Translations under genes and position numbers: made by a program
The notes under the pieces: model-generated
Seen by the model: the letters and a program-made list of their open reading frames with translations, nothing else
What the model was told of the DNA's origin: nothing
Database searches by the model: none
In this document: piece after piece, positions 7,935 to 15,915 of the stretch
How positions within the stretch are numbered: the first letter of the stretch is position 1
Layout: each line of letters opens with the position of its first letter
Virus record (IMG/VR): IMGVR_UViG_3300045988_096059
Span: 1-41,602 of that record
Origin: a virus
Strand: one strand, 5' to 3'
DNA length: 41,602 nt

Positions 7935-8204
7935 CTACACTGTCAGCTTCTCTATGATTCTTTTTATTGCGCGCTCTCTGCCTATTTTCTTGCCATCTAT
8001 CAGTCCCTCGGCATACCCTTCGGCATATCCTGTGTTCTTAGAATAAGTGTCTACGCCATTTACCATCTGCGAGAGTTTATCTAACCCGTACTGGTCAAAC
8101 ACAAGAGCATTGAATCCCTTGATTGTGTACAGAAGAACATCGCCCTCTTCATCGACTATCACATTGTCGATTTCCATCACGAATTTATCGCCTTTTTTAT
8201 ACAT
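7935..8204 (-). CDS. hypothetical protein (89 aa)
   Basis: Track ORF in operon context. Confidence 0.55.
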   Translation of the reverse strand: MYKKGDKFVMEIDNVIVDEEGDVLLYTIKGFNALVFDQYGLDKLSQMVNGVDTYSKNTGYAEGYAEGLIDGKKIGRERAIKRIIEKLTV

Positions 8205-8497
8205 TACCTACCTCCATACGCTCCCTTGTAAATCTCATATGTTTTACCAAATACATCTGGCTTGCACGGATAAAATTCGCCGTTTACACCCTTGATGATG
8301 TAGTCGCCCTTAGATGCCTTCATGTCTCCCTCCAATGTATGAATGGTGATCTTTTGCCCGATTATTACTGATTCGCCCCTATCTCGAACATCTATATCAC
8401 AAGCATTCTTGCAAAACTCCTTGATCTCATCAATATTCGTCCCAGTCCACTCAACAGCTTCAATAACCACTGGTTTTTTTACATATTTTTTAATCAT
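8204..8497 (-). CDS. conserved phage hypothetical protein (97 aa)
   Basis: KPVVIEAVEWTG...KGDYIIKGVNGEFYPCKPDVFGKTYE is a pattern common in phage early regions. ATG overlap coupling. Confidence 0.6.
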   Translation of the reverse strand: MIKKYVKKPVVIEAVEWTGTNIDEIKEFCKNACDIDVRDRGESVIIGQKITIHTLEGDMKASKGDYIIKGVNGEFYPCKPDVFGKTYEIYKGAYGGR

Positions 8498-8940
8498 TAC
8501 TTCACCTCCACAAATTCCCCGTTCTTTAATGTATAGAACGTATCTGCTTTAATTTTTTCGCCGTCAACTTTGGCGGATTGTACGTGTTTAATGTGCCAAC
8601 TTCTGCATTCATCCCTGTACCACTCTGCTAAAACGATGTAACATCCAAGCGACCCCTTCGCTCTACCCTCAATGCCTGTAGCGATTGCAATAGATTCTTT
8701 TCCCTCAACCGTAGCTGCACTCTGGTCTCCGGTGTTGGTAGCTGCACTCCGGTTTCCGGTGTTGGTAGCTGCACTCTGGTATCCGGTGTTGGACTCTTTC
8801 GCATTCGCCCAATCAACTTTGTCCATGATGAACTTTACACCTGCTTCGACGATCCCTTTGATCCCGATTTCCACACCAATGCGAATCTTCTTACTGCACC
8901 GCTTGCTATCGTTGCTTGTTTCTGGATTTACTTCGTCCAT
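8497..8940 (-). CDS. repeat-containing phage protein (SAATNTG nonapeptide repeats)
   Basis: ATG at 8940 is preceded by GAGG (the track start at 8988 is a GTG without RBS). Sequence TGYQSAATNTGNRSAATNTGDQSAAT. Confidence 0.6.
   Translation of the reverse strand: MDEVNPETSNDSKRCSKKIRIGVEIGIKGIVEAGVKFIMDKVDWANAKESNTGYQSAATNTGNRSAATNTGDQSAATVEGKESIAIATGIEGRAKGSLGCYIVLAEWYRDECRSWHIKHVQSAKVDGEKIKADTFYTLKNGEFVEVK
8711..8791. repeat. 3 x 27-bp in-frame tandem repeat
   Basis: gtagctgcactctggtctccggtgttg / gtagctgcactccggtttccggtgttg / gtagctgcactctggtatccggtgttg. Confidence 0.95.
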
Positions 8941-9071
8941 TTCAACCTCACAATAACGGCTAGTTGCCGGTGGATAGTAGTTAAACACATCTAGTGGGTT
9001 TTGGCAGGCGTGAAAACCACAGCCACATAGTTCTGCTTTTGATTCCTCATTTCAGCTCCTCATTGAATCCT

Positions 9072-9404
9072 TTATATGCCTTCATTGTTTTCTCCTTTAA
9101 AAATTTTCATCCAGTCTTCTAGCGTCATAGTCACCAGCCACGGCTTCCCGTTTTTACGGTGAAACACCGCCGGAAGTTCATTTTCCCTTGCGTCACTTTT
9201 CGCTTGCTCTATTGCCTTGTGGATGTTCAATGACTCCACACGTTTGCACTCGATATGTATTCCCGGAAGTCCTACTACGTCCGCATCTCCATTCGCTCCG
9301 CAATACTGCTGACCACGTCTGCACTCGAATCCATGCTCCCGGAGCACCGCCGCAAGTTCTCTCTCTCCTCGTGCTCCCTTTTGTCTGCTGTTCGTCATAC
9401 TCAA
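9072..9404 (-). CDS. PD-(D/E)XK Holliday-junction-resolvase-like nuclease
   Basis: KGARGERELA....G.......G..GDADVVGLPGIHIECKR fits the Hjc/SPP1 G44P-like resolvase motif order (E...D...E.K). Confidence 0.65.
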   Translation of the reverse strand: MSMTNSRQKGARGERELAAVLREHGFECRRGQQYCGANGDADVVGLPGIHIECKRVESLNIHKAIEQAKSDARENELPAVFHRKNGKPWLVTMTLEDWMKIFKGENNEGI

Positions 9405-10588
9405 TCCCCCACTCCGTAAAACGTGAACTTGCTTGCTATGAAAATGCTGTTCACTTCTCCTGTAGAGCCATCCCTTTGTTTGGCTAGATCCAGAAGCATT
9501 GGTCTCCGGTCAGAATCCCATCCACCGGACATCATATCCTCTTCTGGTATCCTGTGGAGCAGTATCACGTTATCAGAATCTTCTTCGATGCTCCCAGATT
9601 CTTTCAGGTTGTCCAGCTTCGGTTTTCCCGTGCCGTTCCGGTTCACCTGACAGCATAGGAGCACCGCCACATCCTCAACCATAGATAGACGTTTCAAGTG
9701 GTTTGTCATGTGCGAGAATCTAGCTCTCTTATCTTGGAATCTCTCTCCGGAGCACCGCATCTGCTCTAGTTGGTCAACCACGATCGCATATGGCTTGTGT
9801 TTTCTGACAAGAGCCGCTATTACGTTGTAATCGTTCACCGACTCGAATATCAGAAAGTTCCCTGATTTCTCTAACTGGTGCACCTTTTCACTCTGCAGAT
9901 TCAGTTCTGCCCAGTCAACATCACCCCTACGCAGCCTCGACCTCGGAGTGTTTATGTATCGCAGGAACATCCGCTCCACCGTAGCTTCGGTGCTCATTTC
10001 GAGTGGAAAGTACAGCACCTTCTTCCCTTGCTTGGCAATCTCCATCGCTACTTGCAGAGCAAACGCCGACTTGCCCACCGAAGGTCTCGCCCCTATCGCC
10101 GTAAGCTCTTTCTTACGAATCCCGCATAACAGATAGTCAAGGTCTCGGATTCCGGTATTGACGATTTTATCCGTCGCTCTTCGGTCAAGTGCTGCAAAGT
10201 AGTTTGTGCAAAAGTCTTTCGCCGCCTCTGGCAGTGTGATGATTTCCGCTTCTTCGAATTTCCCCAGAGTCTCTTTGATTTCGGATATCGGAACATCCGA
10301 TGTGATGTTTGCCAGGTACGACCTAGCCTTATAGTCCATGACTTCCCCGACGGCTCTCTGGTAGTAGTAGTCGGTGTACTCTCCTGTCATAGTCATTAGA
10401 TCTGTTATCGGGATCCCGGCTTCTTGTGAAACTTTATACGGCTCTGATCCACACTTGCGAATTGCCGCAGCCACATGAGCCAGTTCCTGAAAGTCCGCAT
10501 CCTGTATCCGGTCCATGTCTTTTAAGTTTTTCCCGAGCACCCATCCGGCGATGATCTGTGACTCAATCTGTTTTCGCTGAGAACTCAT
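9401..10588 (-). CDS. dnaB: DnaB-family replicative helicase (G40P-like)
   Basis: Walker A GARPSVGKSAFALQVA, Walker B AIVVDQLEQM, and RecA-like C-terminal domain motifs. ATG at 10588 is preceded by GGAAGGAGG. Confidence 0.92.
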   Translation of the reverse strand: MSSQRKQIESQIIAGWVLGKNLKDMDRIQDADFQELAHVAAAIRKCGSEPYKVSQEAGIPITDLMTMTGEYTDYYYQRAVGEVMDYKARSYLANITSDVPISEIKETLGKFEEAEIITLPEAAKDFCTNYFAALDRRATDKIVNTGIRDLDYLLCGIRKKELTAIGARPSVGKSAFALQVAMEIAKQGKKVLYFPLEMSTEATVERMFLRYINTPRSRLRRGDVDWAELNLQSEKVHQLEKSGNFLIFESVNDYNVIAALVRKHKPYAIVVDQLEQMRCSGERFQDKRARFSHMTNHLKRLSMVEDVAVLLCCQVNRNGTGKPKLDNLKESGSIEEDSDNVILLHRIPEEDMMSGGWDSDRRPMLLDLAKQRDGSTGEVNSIFIASKFTFYGVGD

Positions 10589-10802
10589 ACATCCTCCTTC
10601 CCGGCTCACGCAAATCTGCAATAGTCGGCAGATACCGGCTTGATTTCACGTGACGCATCAGAGCATCCTTGCACTGGTCGAACGGAATGTCGTTCATCGC
10701 TTCGTACCAGGCATCAAATGCACTCTGTTCTCGAAGAAACTCTGGTCTGCTGTAAAGGTCCCTTGTGAGTCTCGCTATTTTCAAGAATTCATTTTTTTCC
10801 AT
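10563..10802 (-). CDS. helicase loader/inhibitor, SPP1 G39P-like
   Basis: 79 aa, immediately upstream of the helicase. Pattern ...W...L.D......K.AL.......YLPTIADL typifies G39P-type loaders. Confidence 0.55.
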   Translation of the reverse strand: MEKNEFLKIARLTRDLYSRPEFLREQSAFDAWYEAMNDIPFDQCKDALMRHVKSSRYLPTIADLREPGRRMYEFSAKTD

Positions 10803-11481
10803 TTGCGTCCTCCATAAGTTCTCTCTCCCAGTCTTGCGTTGTGCCCTGCTTATCTCTGGTGGATCTGTTCTTCTCCCACGTTCTCACCGCTGCCTTCCAG
10901 TCCTTCATTTTGTTCTTGCCAACCATCCAACCTTTACTCTCGTAGAAATCGACAAACGCTTCTGCATCTACCGAGTTACCTCTTTCGAGACAATATCTTT
11001 TAACATCATCCACTAGGGGCGGCTTGAACGCCCTATTATTCTTCTTTTCTTTCTTTTCTTTCTTTATACGTGTACCGTCTGCTGTACCGTCTGCTGTACT
11101 GTTTTGTGTACCGTCTGCTGTTGTAATTGCTGTACCGTCTGCTGTGCCATCACACTGGTACATTGTGTAATTTTCAATGGTTATAACTGTTCCATATGGT
11201 GTACCGTAGTGCTGTATCATGCCCAGTTCGGAAAGCTGTATCAAAAATCGACGTACTTTTCCTCTTGACCATCCCCACTTTTTTGCAAGCGTCTCCTCAC
11301 CGAAAATCGTTTGACCAACATTCAGGTGTACAATGTTCCCCTTCAATATAATATCTGTCGGCTTGTATCTGGCGTTTAGCATCAGGAATTCAAACGCTCT
11401 CCAGCGGTCAAAAGGGAGCTCCAAGAACATGTCATTTAGCAGTGTTTTTCTATGCAATTTTATGTATCCTTCTGTCCCCAT
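10789..11481 (-). CDS. phage replication initiator / replisome organizer (winged-helix N-domain)
   Basis: N-terminal YIKLHRK....D....LP...W..F..L...A is the phage replisome-organizer pattern. It has a central TADGT repeat linker and sits upstream of the loader and helicase. Confidence 0.7.
   Translation of the reverse strand: MGTEGYIKLHRKTLLNDMFLELPFDRWRAFEFLMLNARYKPTDIILKGNIVHLNVGQTIFGEETLAKKWGWSRGKVRRFLIQLSELGMIQHYGTPYGTVITIENYTMYQCDGTADGTAITTADGTQNSTADGTADGTRIKKEKKEKKNNRAFKPPLVDDVKRYCLERGNSVDAEAFVDFYESKGWMVGKNKMKDWKAAVRTWEKNRSTRDKQGTTQDWERELMEDANGKK
11071..11145. repeat. Four direct copies of TGTACCGTCTGC (candidate origin iterons) inside the initiator gene
   Basis: Copies at 11071, 11083, 11107 and 11131, flanked on the low-coordinate side by an AT-rich tract (11041..11068). 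Confidence 0.8.
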
Positions 11482-11999
11482 AACTGCTTCAACCTCTCCA
11501 ATTCATCTGGCGTCATTGTTTCTATCCCGAGGCTTTGCGCCTCGTCTACGATGTAGTCAATGAGCCGTGACATTTCCTTGCTGTCATAAATACTTGAACC
11601 CTTATAAAGTCTCATACTCACTACGCTGTCCGTGCGATGGTGGTGTTCGCAGAACCATCCGATCCCGTTACTGCCCCAAGACGCCATCACCGCAGGAACG
11701 TCTCTTGCAGAAAACACACCGTCAATCCATGCGCCACATTCTCTTACCGCCTTCCGGTAAACATCCTCTTTCGTTGCTTGGATTTTATCAGCGATTTTTC
11801 CGCAAAGAACCCACATATAGGCGTTTGCATCTAACGACCGTCTATTTTTCCTTTTAAGCGTCAAAGTGTATCCATCGAGGGATTTATCCTTGAGCTTGTT
11901 AAAATCGTTCACAGCTTCACTACGGGGCATTCTGAACGCTATCCAGACGGACATACCCTTGTCTTGTATCGCTAAGCGATCAACTTTTGTTTCGATCAT
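11460..11999 (-). CDS. NinB/Orf-like recombination mediator domain protein
   Basis: KRKNRRSLDANAYMWVLCGKIA and SSIYDSKEMSRLIDYIVDEAQSLGIE parallel lambda NinB (ERNRSLDQNRKLWACLGDVS ... STSRMRVGEFAELLELIQAFGTERGV). Confidence 0.6.
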   Translation of the reverse strand: MIETKVDRLAIQDKGMSVWIAFRMPRSEAVNDFNKLKDKSLDGYTLTLKRKNRRSLDANAYMWVLCGKIADKIQATKEDVYRKAVRECGAWIDGVFSARDVPAVMASWGSNGIGWFCEHHHRTDSVVSMRLYKGSSIYDSKEMSRLIDYIVDEAQSLGIETMTPDELERLKQLWGQKDT

Positions 12000-12283
12000 A
12001 AATAATTCCTCCCGAATTCCTCTATGAAGTCCTCTCTTGTCCCGTGCTTTTTTTCATAGTCTTTTTGGCATTCCTGCTTCAAATATTCATCAATCTTTTT
12101 CCAGTTTTCACCGGCTTGTACCCCGTTGGGATGCAGATCTGCACGGAGCGGAGCTACATATCCGTATTTTTCTGATTTCGTTCTGTTGAATCCCCCAAAG
12201 CAATGATGCCGTTCTACCCTATCTGATCCGGTAAAAATGCAGTGATCCATATCGTCTGTAAAAATGCTCCAAAGCTTTTTCAT
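11996..12283 (-). CDS. HNH-like / DUF968-like small nuclease-fold protein (tentative)
   Basis: CIFTGSDRVERHHCFGGFNRTKSEKYGYVAPLRADLHPNG. It lies in a recombination module next to the NinB-like gene. Confidence 0.45.
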   Translation of the reverse strand: MKKLWSIFTDDMDHCIFTGSDRVERHHCFGGFNRTKSEKYGYVAPLRADLHPNGVQAGENWKKIDEYLKQECQKDYEKKHGTREDFIEEFGRNYL

Positions 12284-12864
12284 TCCGGTATCCTCCCTTT
12301 CTCAAGACACCTTGCAAGGTACTTTACCGCTGGTATGTATTCTCCCTTGATGAAGTGTTTGTCATATTTTATAGGTGTGAATTTTATCCGGTTTGGATCA
12401 ATGACAACTTCGTCCATGCCGTCCTCCGAGTAGTATTCGTCAGGGTAAAGTGGATACGATACTATGTATAGCTGCTTGAAGTCTTCAAAGTGCTTCTGGT
12501 AGACATACATTTCTACTTGAGCCTGCCGCCAGTAAGCGGTGGAAACCTCAAAGTCCTTGTCGCCTTTGTGCGTCTTCACTTCGTAGATTGTCCCTCTAAG
12601 GTCTCCATCGTAGTTTACACGGACTTTCAGCTTCTCAATGAGTAATTGCCTGTCTAGGTTCATTTCCTCGCTGATAGACGTCAAAATGGGATGCTCGTAG
12701 CGGTTTCCTGCTTCCGTATACAGGGAACCTTTGAAGTCCGGTTCCTGTTCGCCCATCTTGACCGCCCACCATTGCCGGAAAGTCTTTGTCTGCCGGTTCT
12801 TTGCAACGACCATTGAACTATCGCTGGCTCCGAACCAGCCCGATCTATCCATATTGTGAATCAT
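12280..12864 (-). CDS. YqaJ-type (lambda Exo-like) recombination exonuclease
   Basis: GWFGASDSS, GNRYEHPIL and D(G)...YEVKT give the PD-(D/E)XK order. It sits adjacent to the SSAP. Confidence 0.8.
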   Translation of the reverse strand: MIHNMDRSGWFGASDSSMVVAKNRQTKTFRQWWAVKMGEQEPDFKGSLYTEAGNRYEHPILTSISEEMNLDRQLLIEKLKVRVNYDGDLRGTIYEVKTHKGDKDFEVSTAYWRQAQVEMYVYQKHFEDFKQLYIVSYPLYPDEYYSEDGMDEVVIDPNRIKFTPIKYDKHFIKGEYIPAVKYLARCLEKGRIPE

Positions 12865-12867
12865 TTT

Positions 12868-13494
12868 TTATAACCCCTGCACATATTCAAGGCATTTTTC
12901 TAATCTATCGTCCGTCAGTTCTTCCAGAGAGCCAACCTTTACTCTCTTGCAGATATCCGCAATATCAAGCCGTTTTGCGTCGCACAGAGCGACGATTTTC
13001 ACTTCAAGGTCTTCTCTTGAAAGCTTCGATTTTGCCTTTTCTTTCGTTTTCGCTCTTGAAGAGTGAGAGGCTCGTTCCTCTACGCTTCCGTCAGCCTTGT
13101 CCGGCAGGTCTTCTCCTGCGTAGATATAAAGTCCAAGTCCGTGTCTTGCGACCGCTTTTGTGAGCGACCGCTGAATCGTCTTGTTGACATCAAACGATGT
13201 CACTTTATCTAGCGGGATGGAGATGTTTTTGTAATCCATTACCGGAAGGTATTCTATGTGTTCTATTGCTTCCCCATCTTCGGTAACTACCGTCACGCCA
13301 GTCTTTACCCAACAGTACCGATTGTCCGTAAAGTAGTTCCATTCGAGTTCATTCTGGTAAACGGTGTAGTAGCTTTTAGGGAAAAGCTTCTTAAGTTCTT
13401 TCCAAGCGTGCGGCCACGAAAGATATGTGAGTCCGCCTTTCTTTTCCGTCATTTCAGAACAATCAATCTGATTGAGCTGTTCAAAGTAATTCAT
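12868..13494 (-). CDS. Rad52-like single-strand annealing protein (Sak / DUF1071 type)
   Basis: GGLTYLSWPHAWKELKKLFP...TGVTV......EYLPVMDY.N......FDVNKTIQRSLTKAVARHGLGLYIYAGEDLP matches the Sak/DUF1071 signature. Confidence 0.8.
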   Translation of the reverse strand: MNYFEQLNQIDCSEMTEKKGGLTYLSWPHAWKELKKLFPKSYYTVYQNELEWNYFTDNRYCWVKTGVTVVTEDGEAIEHIEYLPVMDYKNISIPLDKVTSFDVNKTIQRSLTKAVARHGLGLYIYAGEDLPDKADGSVEERASHSSRAKTKEKAKSKLSREDLEVKIVALCDAKRLDIADICKRVKVGSLEELTDDRLEKCLEYVQGL

Positions 13495-13680
13495 CTATTC
13501 GCCCTCCTCTTCCGACAGTGGTTCAATAACCAGACTCAAGTCCTGCATCCTGCCTTTATAATCTTCGGTTGGTGTATGATTCTTCATTGCAATCTGTGCA
13601 AACATCGTCAGCTTGCTGTAATCTGTGAATTCGAATGTAACTTCACTGGTTCCTTCTATGAGTTTCAGTCTATAAATCAT
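13495..13680 (-). CDS. hypothetical protein (61 aa)
   Basis: Track ORF in operon context. Confidence 0.5.
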   Translation of the reverse strand: MIYRLKLIEGTSEVTFEFTDYSKLTMFAQIAMKNHTPTEDYKGRMQDLSLVIEPLSEEEGE

Positions 13681-13798
13681 CGTCGTATTTCTCCCATTCG
13701 TTTAAATCATCTTCGGTTTCCGGTGGCTCAAAGTAGTTTGTCCCCGGACCGTAATAATCTCTTGCGTAGTATTCGTCGAGCTGTCTATCTGAAATCAT
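13670..13798 (-). CDS. hypothetical acidic small protein (42 aa)
   Basis: Not in the track. ATG at 13798 overlaps the upstream stop (TAATG). Sequence MISDRQLDEYYARDYYGPGTNYFEPPETEDDLNEWEKYDDDL. Confidence 0.35.
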   Translation of the reverse strand: MISDRQLDEYYARDYYGPGTNYFEPPETEDDLNEWEKYDDDL

Positions 13799-14025
13799 TA
13801 TGTGACGATCCTCCAATCTGGCATGTAAGCCCATGCGGTCACATCTCTTATTGCATTCGACACCGCTTCTTCCCGTTCTTGATAGTCATATGCATTGAAA
13901 AGATTGTGTACTTTCGAGTAATACACTTCGTACAGATGCCCCGAAGAAACAATGAGCACGTCATACGATTTCTCCGGCAACTTTTCGTCTACCGAGAAAA
14001 ATTCAAGTTCTATTTTGGTTGACAT
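13798..14025 (-). CDS. second DUF551-like protein (75 aa)
   Basis: SVDEKLPEKSYDVLIV... and C-terminal VTAWAYMPDW echo the 5589..5885 paralog pattern. Confidence 0.5.
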   Translation of the reverse strand: MSTKIELEFFSVDEKLPEKSYDVLIVSSGHLYEVYYSKVHNLFNAYDYQEREEAVSNAIRDVTAWAYMPDWRIVT

Positions 14026-14080
14026 ATTGTCTCCTTTCTGATAACCTATTTATAGGTTTTTGTGAGATGCGCCTGCGGAC

Positions 14081-14299
14081 TTAGTCCAAGGGTGCATTTT
14101 CTTTTTCCTCCTTCTGTTCTTCTTTGTAATCTGGATCCAGTGCTAACCGTCCGATATATGCAATAAGCCTGTCTGCCGCTTCCTCTCCTGCGACCTTCTT
14201 CATATTGTCATGCACAGCTTTGATTACTGTTCCAAGTTCAGCAAGGACTATTACTGGGTGTCCTTGTATAGTGACCCGTCCCTTATCTATTAAAATCAT
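14081..14299 (-). CDS. hypothetical protein (72 aa)
   Basis: Track ORF. Confidence 0.5.
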   Translation of the reverse strand: MILIDKGRVTIQGHPVIVLAELGTVIKAVHDNMKKVAGEEAADRLIAYIGRLALDPDYKEEQKEEKENAPLD

Positions 14300-14388
14300 T
14301 CTTTATCCTCCTTCAACATTTCTCTGCACCATGCCGCTGCACTGACCAACAGTGCAAGCACCAGCACGCTGTAAGCAATATCCATCAT
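14296..14388 (-). CDS. tiny membrane peptide (30 aa)
   Basis: MMDIAYSVLVLALLVSAAAWCREMLKEDKE. ATGA-coupled to the downstream gene. Confidence 0.3.
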   Translation of the reverse strand: MMDIAYSVLVLALLVSAAAWCREMLKEDKE

Positions 14389-14390
14389 GT

Positions 14391-14528
14391 TTAGCTCTCC
14401 TTTCCATCCTTGTCCTTATCTTCTTTCGGAGTAGCCGTCACAGTAACGACTGTTCCTCTTTCGTGGCTCAAGATTTGCCCCAGTACCTCGCAGAACAAAT
14501 CGATGTCTAATGTTGTTCTCTTTTCCAT
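14391..14528 (-). CDS. hypothetical small protein (45 aa)
   Basis: ATG at 14528 is preceded by GGGAGAAAC (MEKRTTLDIDLFCEVLGQILSHERG...). Confidence 0.35.
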   Translation of the reverse strand: MEKRTTLDIDLFCEVLGQILSHERGTVVTVTATPKEDKDKDGKES

Positions 14529-14676
14529 TTTGTTTCTCCCTTCCGTTACGCCCTCTACCGGACACCCTGTAGTAAAAACACGTTTTCGTTATGCAAATAT
14601 CCCAACTGAACAAATGTACCTTATACTTAAAATAGGAGGACAGGATGCCCGACAGGGGACGTAACTTATTAAATTG

Positions 14677-14685
14677 TGTTATAAT
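14677..14685 (+). promoter_or_regulatory. Extended -10 promoter (TGTTATAAT) for the plus-strand gene 14713..14982
   Basis: TGnTATAAT lies 28 nt upstream of the ATG. There is no good -35. Confidence 0.5.
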
Positions 14686-14712
14686 GTCCTCGTTGTAGAA
14701 AGTGAGGATATT

Positions 14713-14982
14713 ATGTTTTGGAAACTCCGCATCTTGGTTAAGCTAAGGTTCAGCGCTCAATCTTGGAGCACGCTTTTTGACACATTCAGCAATAACGCAC
14801 GCTTATACAATGCCTTGAAATATCTTCACTCTCACGGCTATATTGAAAGCCATGAAGATGATTCATATTCGCTTACCAGTCGTGCAGCATTGAGAGAGTA
14901 CATTGCTCACAGTGTCGGATGGTTCGTTTCGCTTGTGGGATTCTTTGGCGGTATATTGGCAATAATCCAATTCTTTACTTAA
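14713..14982 (+). CDS. membrane-anchored small protein (89 aa), moron-like, opposite to the early operon
   Basis: ATG at 14713 is preceded by GTGAGGA. A soluble N-domain (YNALKYLHSHGYIESHEDDSYSLT, winged-helix-like) is followed by a C-terminal TM WFVSLVGFFGGILAIIQFF. Confidence 0.6.
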   Translation: MFWKLRILVKLRFSAQSWSTLFDTFSNNARLYNALKYLHSHGYIESHEDDSYSLTSRAALREYIAHSVGWFVSLVGFFGGILAIIQFFT

Positions 14983-15145
14983 AAGCCACCACCGCCACTA
15001 TAACCAGCAGTATGCTATTCGCAACCGTAAGAGCGGTTATCCCCTTAACTTGTTTCTCCAGACTCTCATACAAGCAGTAAGGAGTCGGTTTCCCCAGAGT
15101 TTCGTCAAGTTCTTCCAGAGTCATGTATTTTCTTTGTTTTATCAT
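14975..15145 (-). CDS. tail-anchored small membrane protein (56 aa)
   Basis: Internal ATG at 15145 is preceded by AAAGGAGAAAAAAG. C-terminal TM ITALTVANSILLVIVAVVAF. Confidence 0.5.
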   Translation of the reverse strand: MIKQRKYMTLEELDETLGKPTPYCLYESLEKQVKGITALTVANSILLVIVAVVAFK

Positions 15146-15158
15146 GCTTTTTTCTCCT

Positions 15159-15350
15159 TTATTTGCTATCCAGAAAATACTCAATGGGTACATCGAAGTA
15201 ATCTGAAAGGATTTTCAGCTTGTCCAGTTTTGGGTTGCTTCTTCCTGTCTTCCAGTCGGAAAGACAACTTTGCGGAATGCCTGTCTCTTTCGCAAGCGTG
15301 TACTGGGTCAGCTTTTTCTTCTTCATTAACTTTTCTATCTTTTTGTACAT
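15159..15350 (-). CDS. Cro-like XRE-family HTH regulator (63 aa)
   Basis: KKLTQYTLAKETGIPQSCLSDWKTGRSNP is an HTH_3. It is the first canonical gene of the leftward early operon and is divergent from the CI-like gene. Confidence 0.8.
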   Translation of the reverse strand: MYKKIEKLMKKKKLTQYTLAKETGIPQSCLSDWKTGRSNPKLDKLKILSDYFDVPIEYFLDSK

Positions 15351-15363
15351 TCGCTCTCCTTTC

Positions 15364-15383
15364 TATCACTTATGTGATATAAT
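15364..15383 (+). promoter_or_regulatory. Palindrome TATCAC-N4-GTGATA overlapping an extended -10 (TGATATAAT)
   Basis: tatcacttatgtgatataat lies 34 nt upstream of ATG 15417 and directly upstream of the cro start on the other strand. Confidence 0.5.
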
Positions 15384-15416
15384 TGTTTTGCCCCAAAGGG
15401 CGGAAATGAGGTTGAA

Positions 15417-15782
15417 ATGTTTCTTAAGTACAAGATTATGAAAGAAATCAATAGCGTTGAGTTTCCCAATACGACAACTTTTGATGCCATCGTACAGAAT
15501 CTTAAAGTCGATGATGAGAAAGCCCTTGTCGCTGTGGATATTCTTGGATGCAAAGGATATGTCTCTTGTGATTTATCTGAATATCCCATAATCAAGCTGT
15601 CTTTAGAACACTTATCCTCTTTTGTTCGATACAAGCACGATATGAAAATATGTGCATTTGAATGGACTTTGAAAATCTGTTCATTTGCCACCATCATAAC
15701 GTCCTTGCTTTTTACAGAGGAGCTACAATCAGCTTTATTAAAAGTGCCAGAGATAATATGCAAAATACTATCGCTGCTATAA
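15417..15782 (+). CDS. hypothetical protein (121 aa), AT-rich moron-like gene inside the switch region
   Basis: ATG is preceded by GAGG. It has its own extended -10 and a C-terminal hydrophobic segment ICSFATIITSLLF. It converges on and overlaps 15712..15891. Confidence 0.5.
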   Translation: MFLKYKIMKEINSVEFPNTTTFDAIVQNLKVDDEKALVAVDILGCKGYVSCDLSEYPIIKLSLEHLSSFVRYKHDMKICAFEWTLKICSFATIITSLLFTEELQSALLKVPEIICKILSLL

Positions 15783-15891
15783 GCTGAGCTGTCTCCCGTC
15801 GTTCTTGTCTTTTACGAAGTTCGGCGGCTTTTTCTTTGCCGAAAATCAAGTCTCTTTGTGCATCCCACTCTTCATTGAATTCTTTTCTCAT
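15712..15891 (-). CDS. tail-anchored small membrane protein (59 aa)
   Basis: ATG at 15891 is preceded by AGAGGTG. Sequence ...RRETAQLIAAIVFCILSLALLIKLIVAPL. Confidence 0.5.
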   Translation of the reverse strand: MRKEFNEEWDAQRDLIFGKEKAAELRKRQERRETAQLIAAIVFCILSLALLIKLIVAPL

Positions 15892-15915
15892 GATTTCACC
15901 TCTTTCCATTTAAAA

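Noticed and set aside
8711-8791. Possible CRISPR-like repeat array
   Set aside because: The repeats are contiguous without spacers, in-frame, and inside a coding gene. This is a coding tandem repeat, not a CRISPR array. No other CRISPR-like array was seen in the window.
13258-14022. 254-aa plus-strand ORF across the 13495..14025 minus-strand genes
   Set aside because: It spans several coupled minus-strand genes that have proper RBSs. Its sequence is Phe/Ile/Arg-rich noise typical of the antisense frame.
14043-14058. Perfect palindrome AACCTAT-TT-ATAGGTT between two early genes
   Set aside because: The stem is AT-rich and short with a 2-nt loop, and there is no U-tract on the transcribed (minus) strand. 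It could be a protein-binding site, but there is no second copy or other support.
15335-15763. 142-aa minus-strand ORF in the switch region
   Set aside because: It overlaps the cro-like start, lacks an RBS, and has a Ser/Thr/Cys-rich non-protein-like sequence. The plus-strand 121-aa ORF, with its promoter and RBS, explains the region better.
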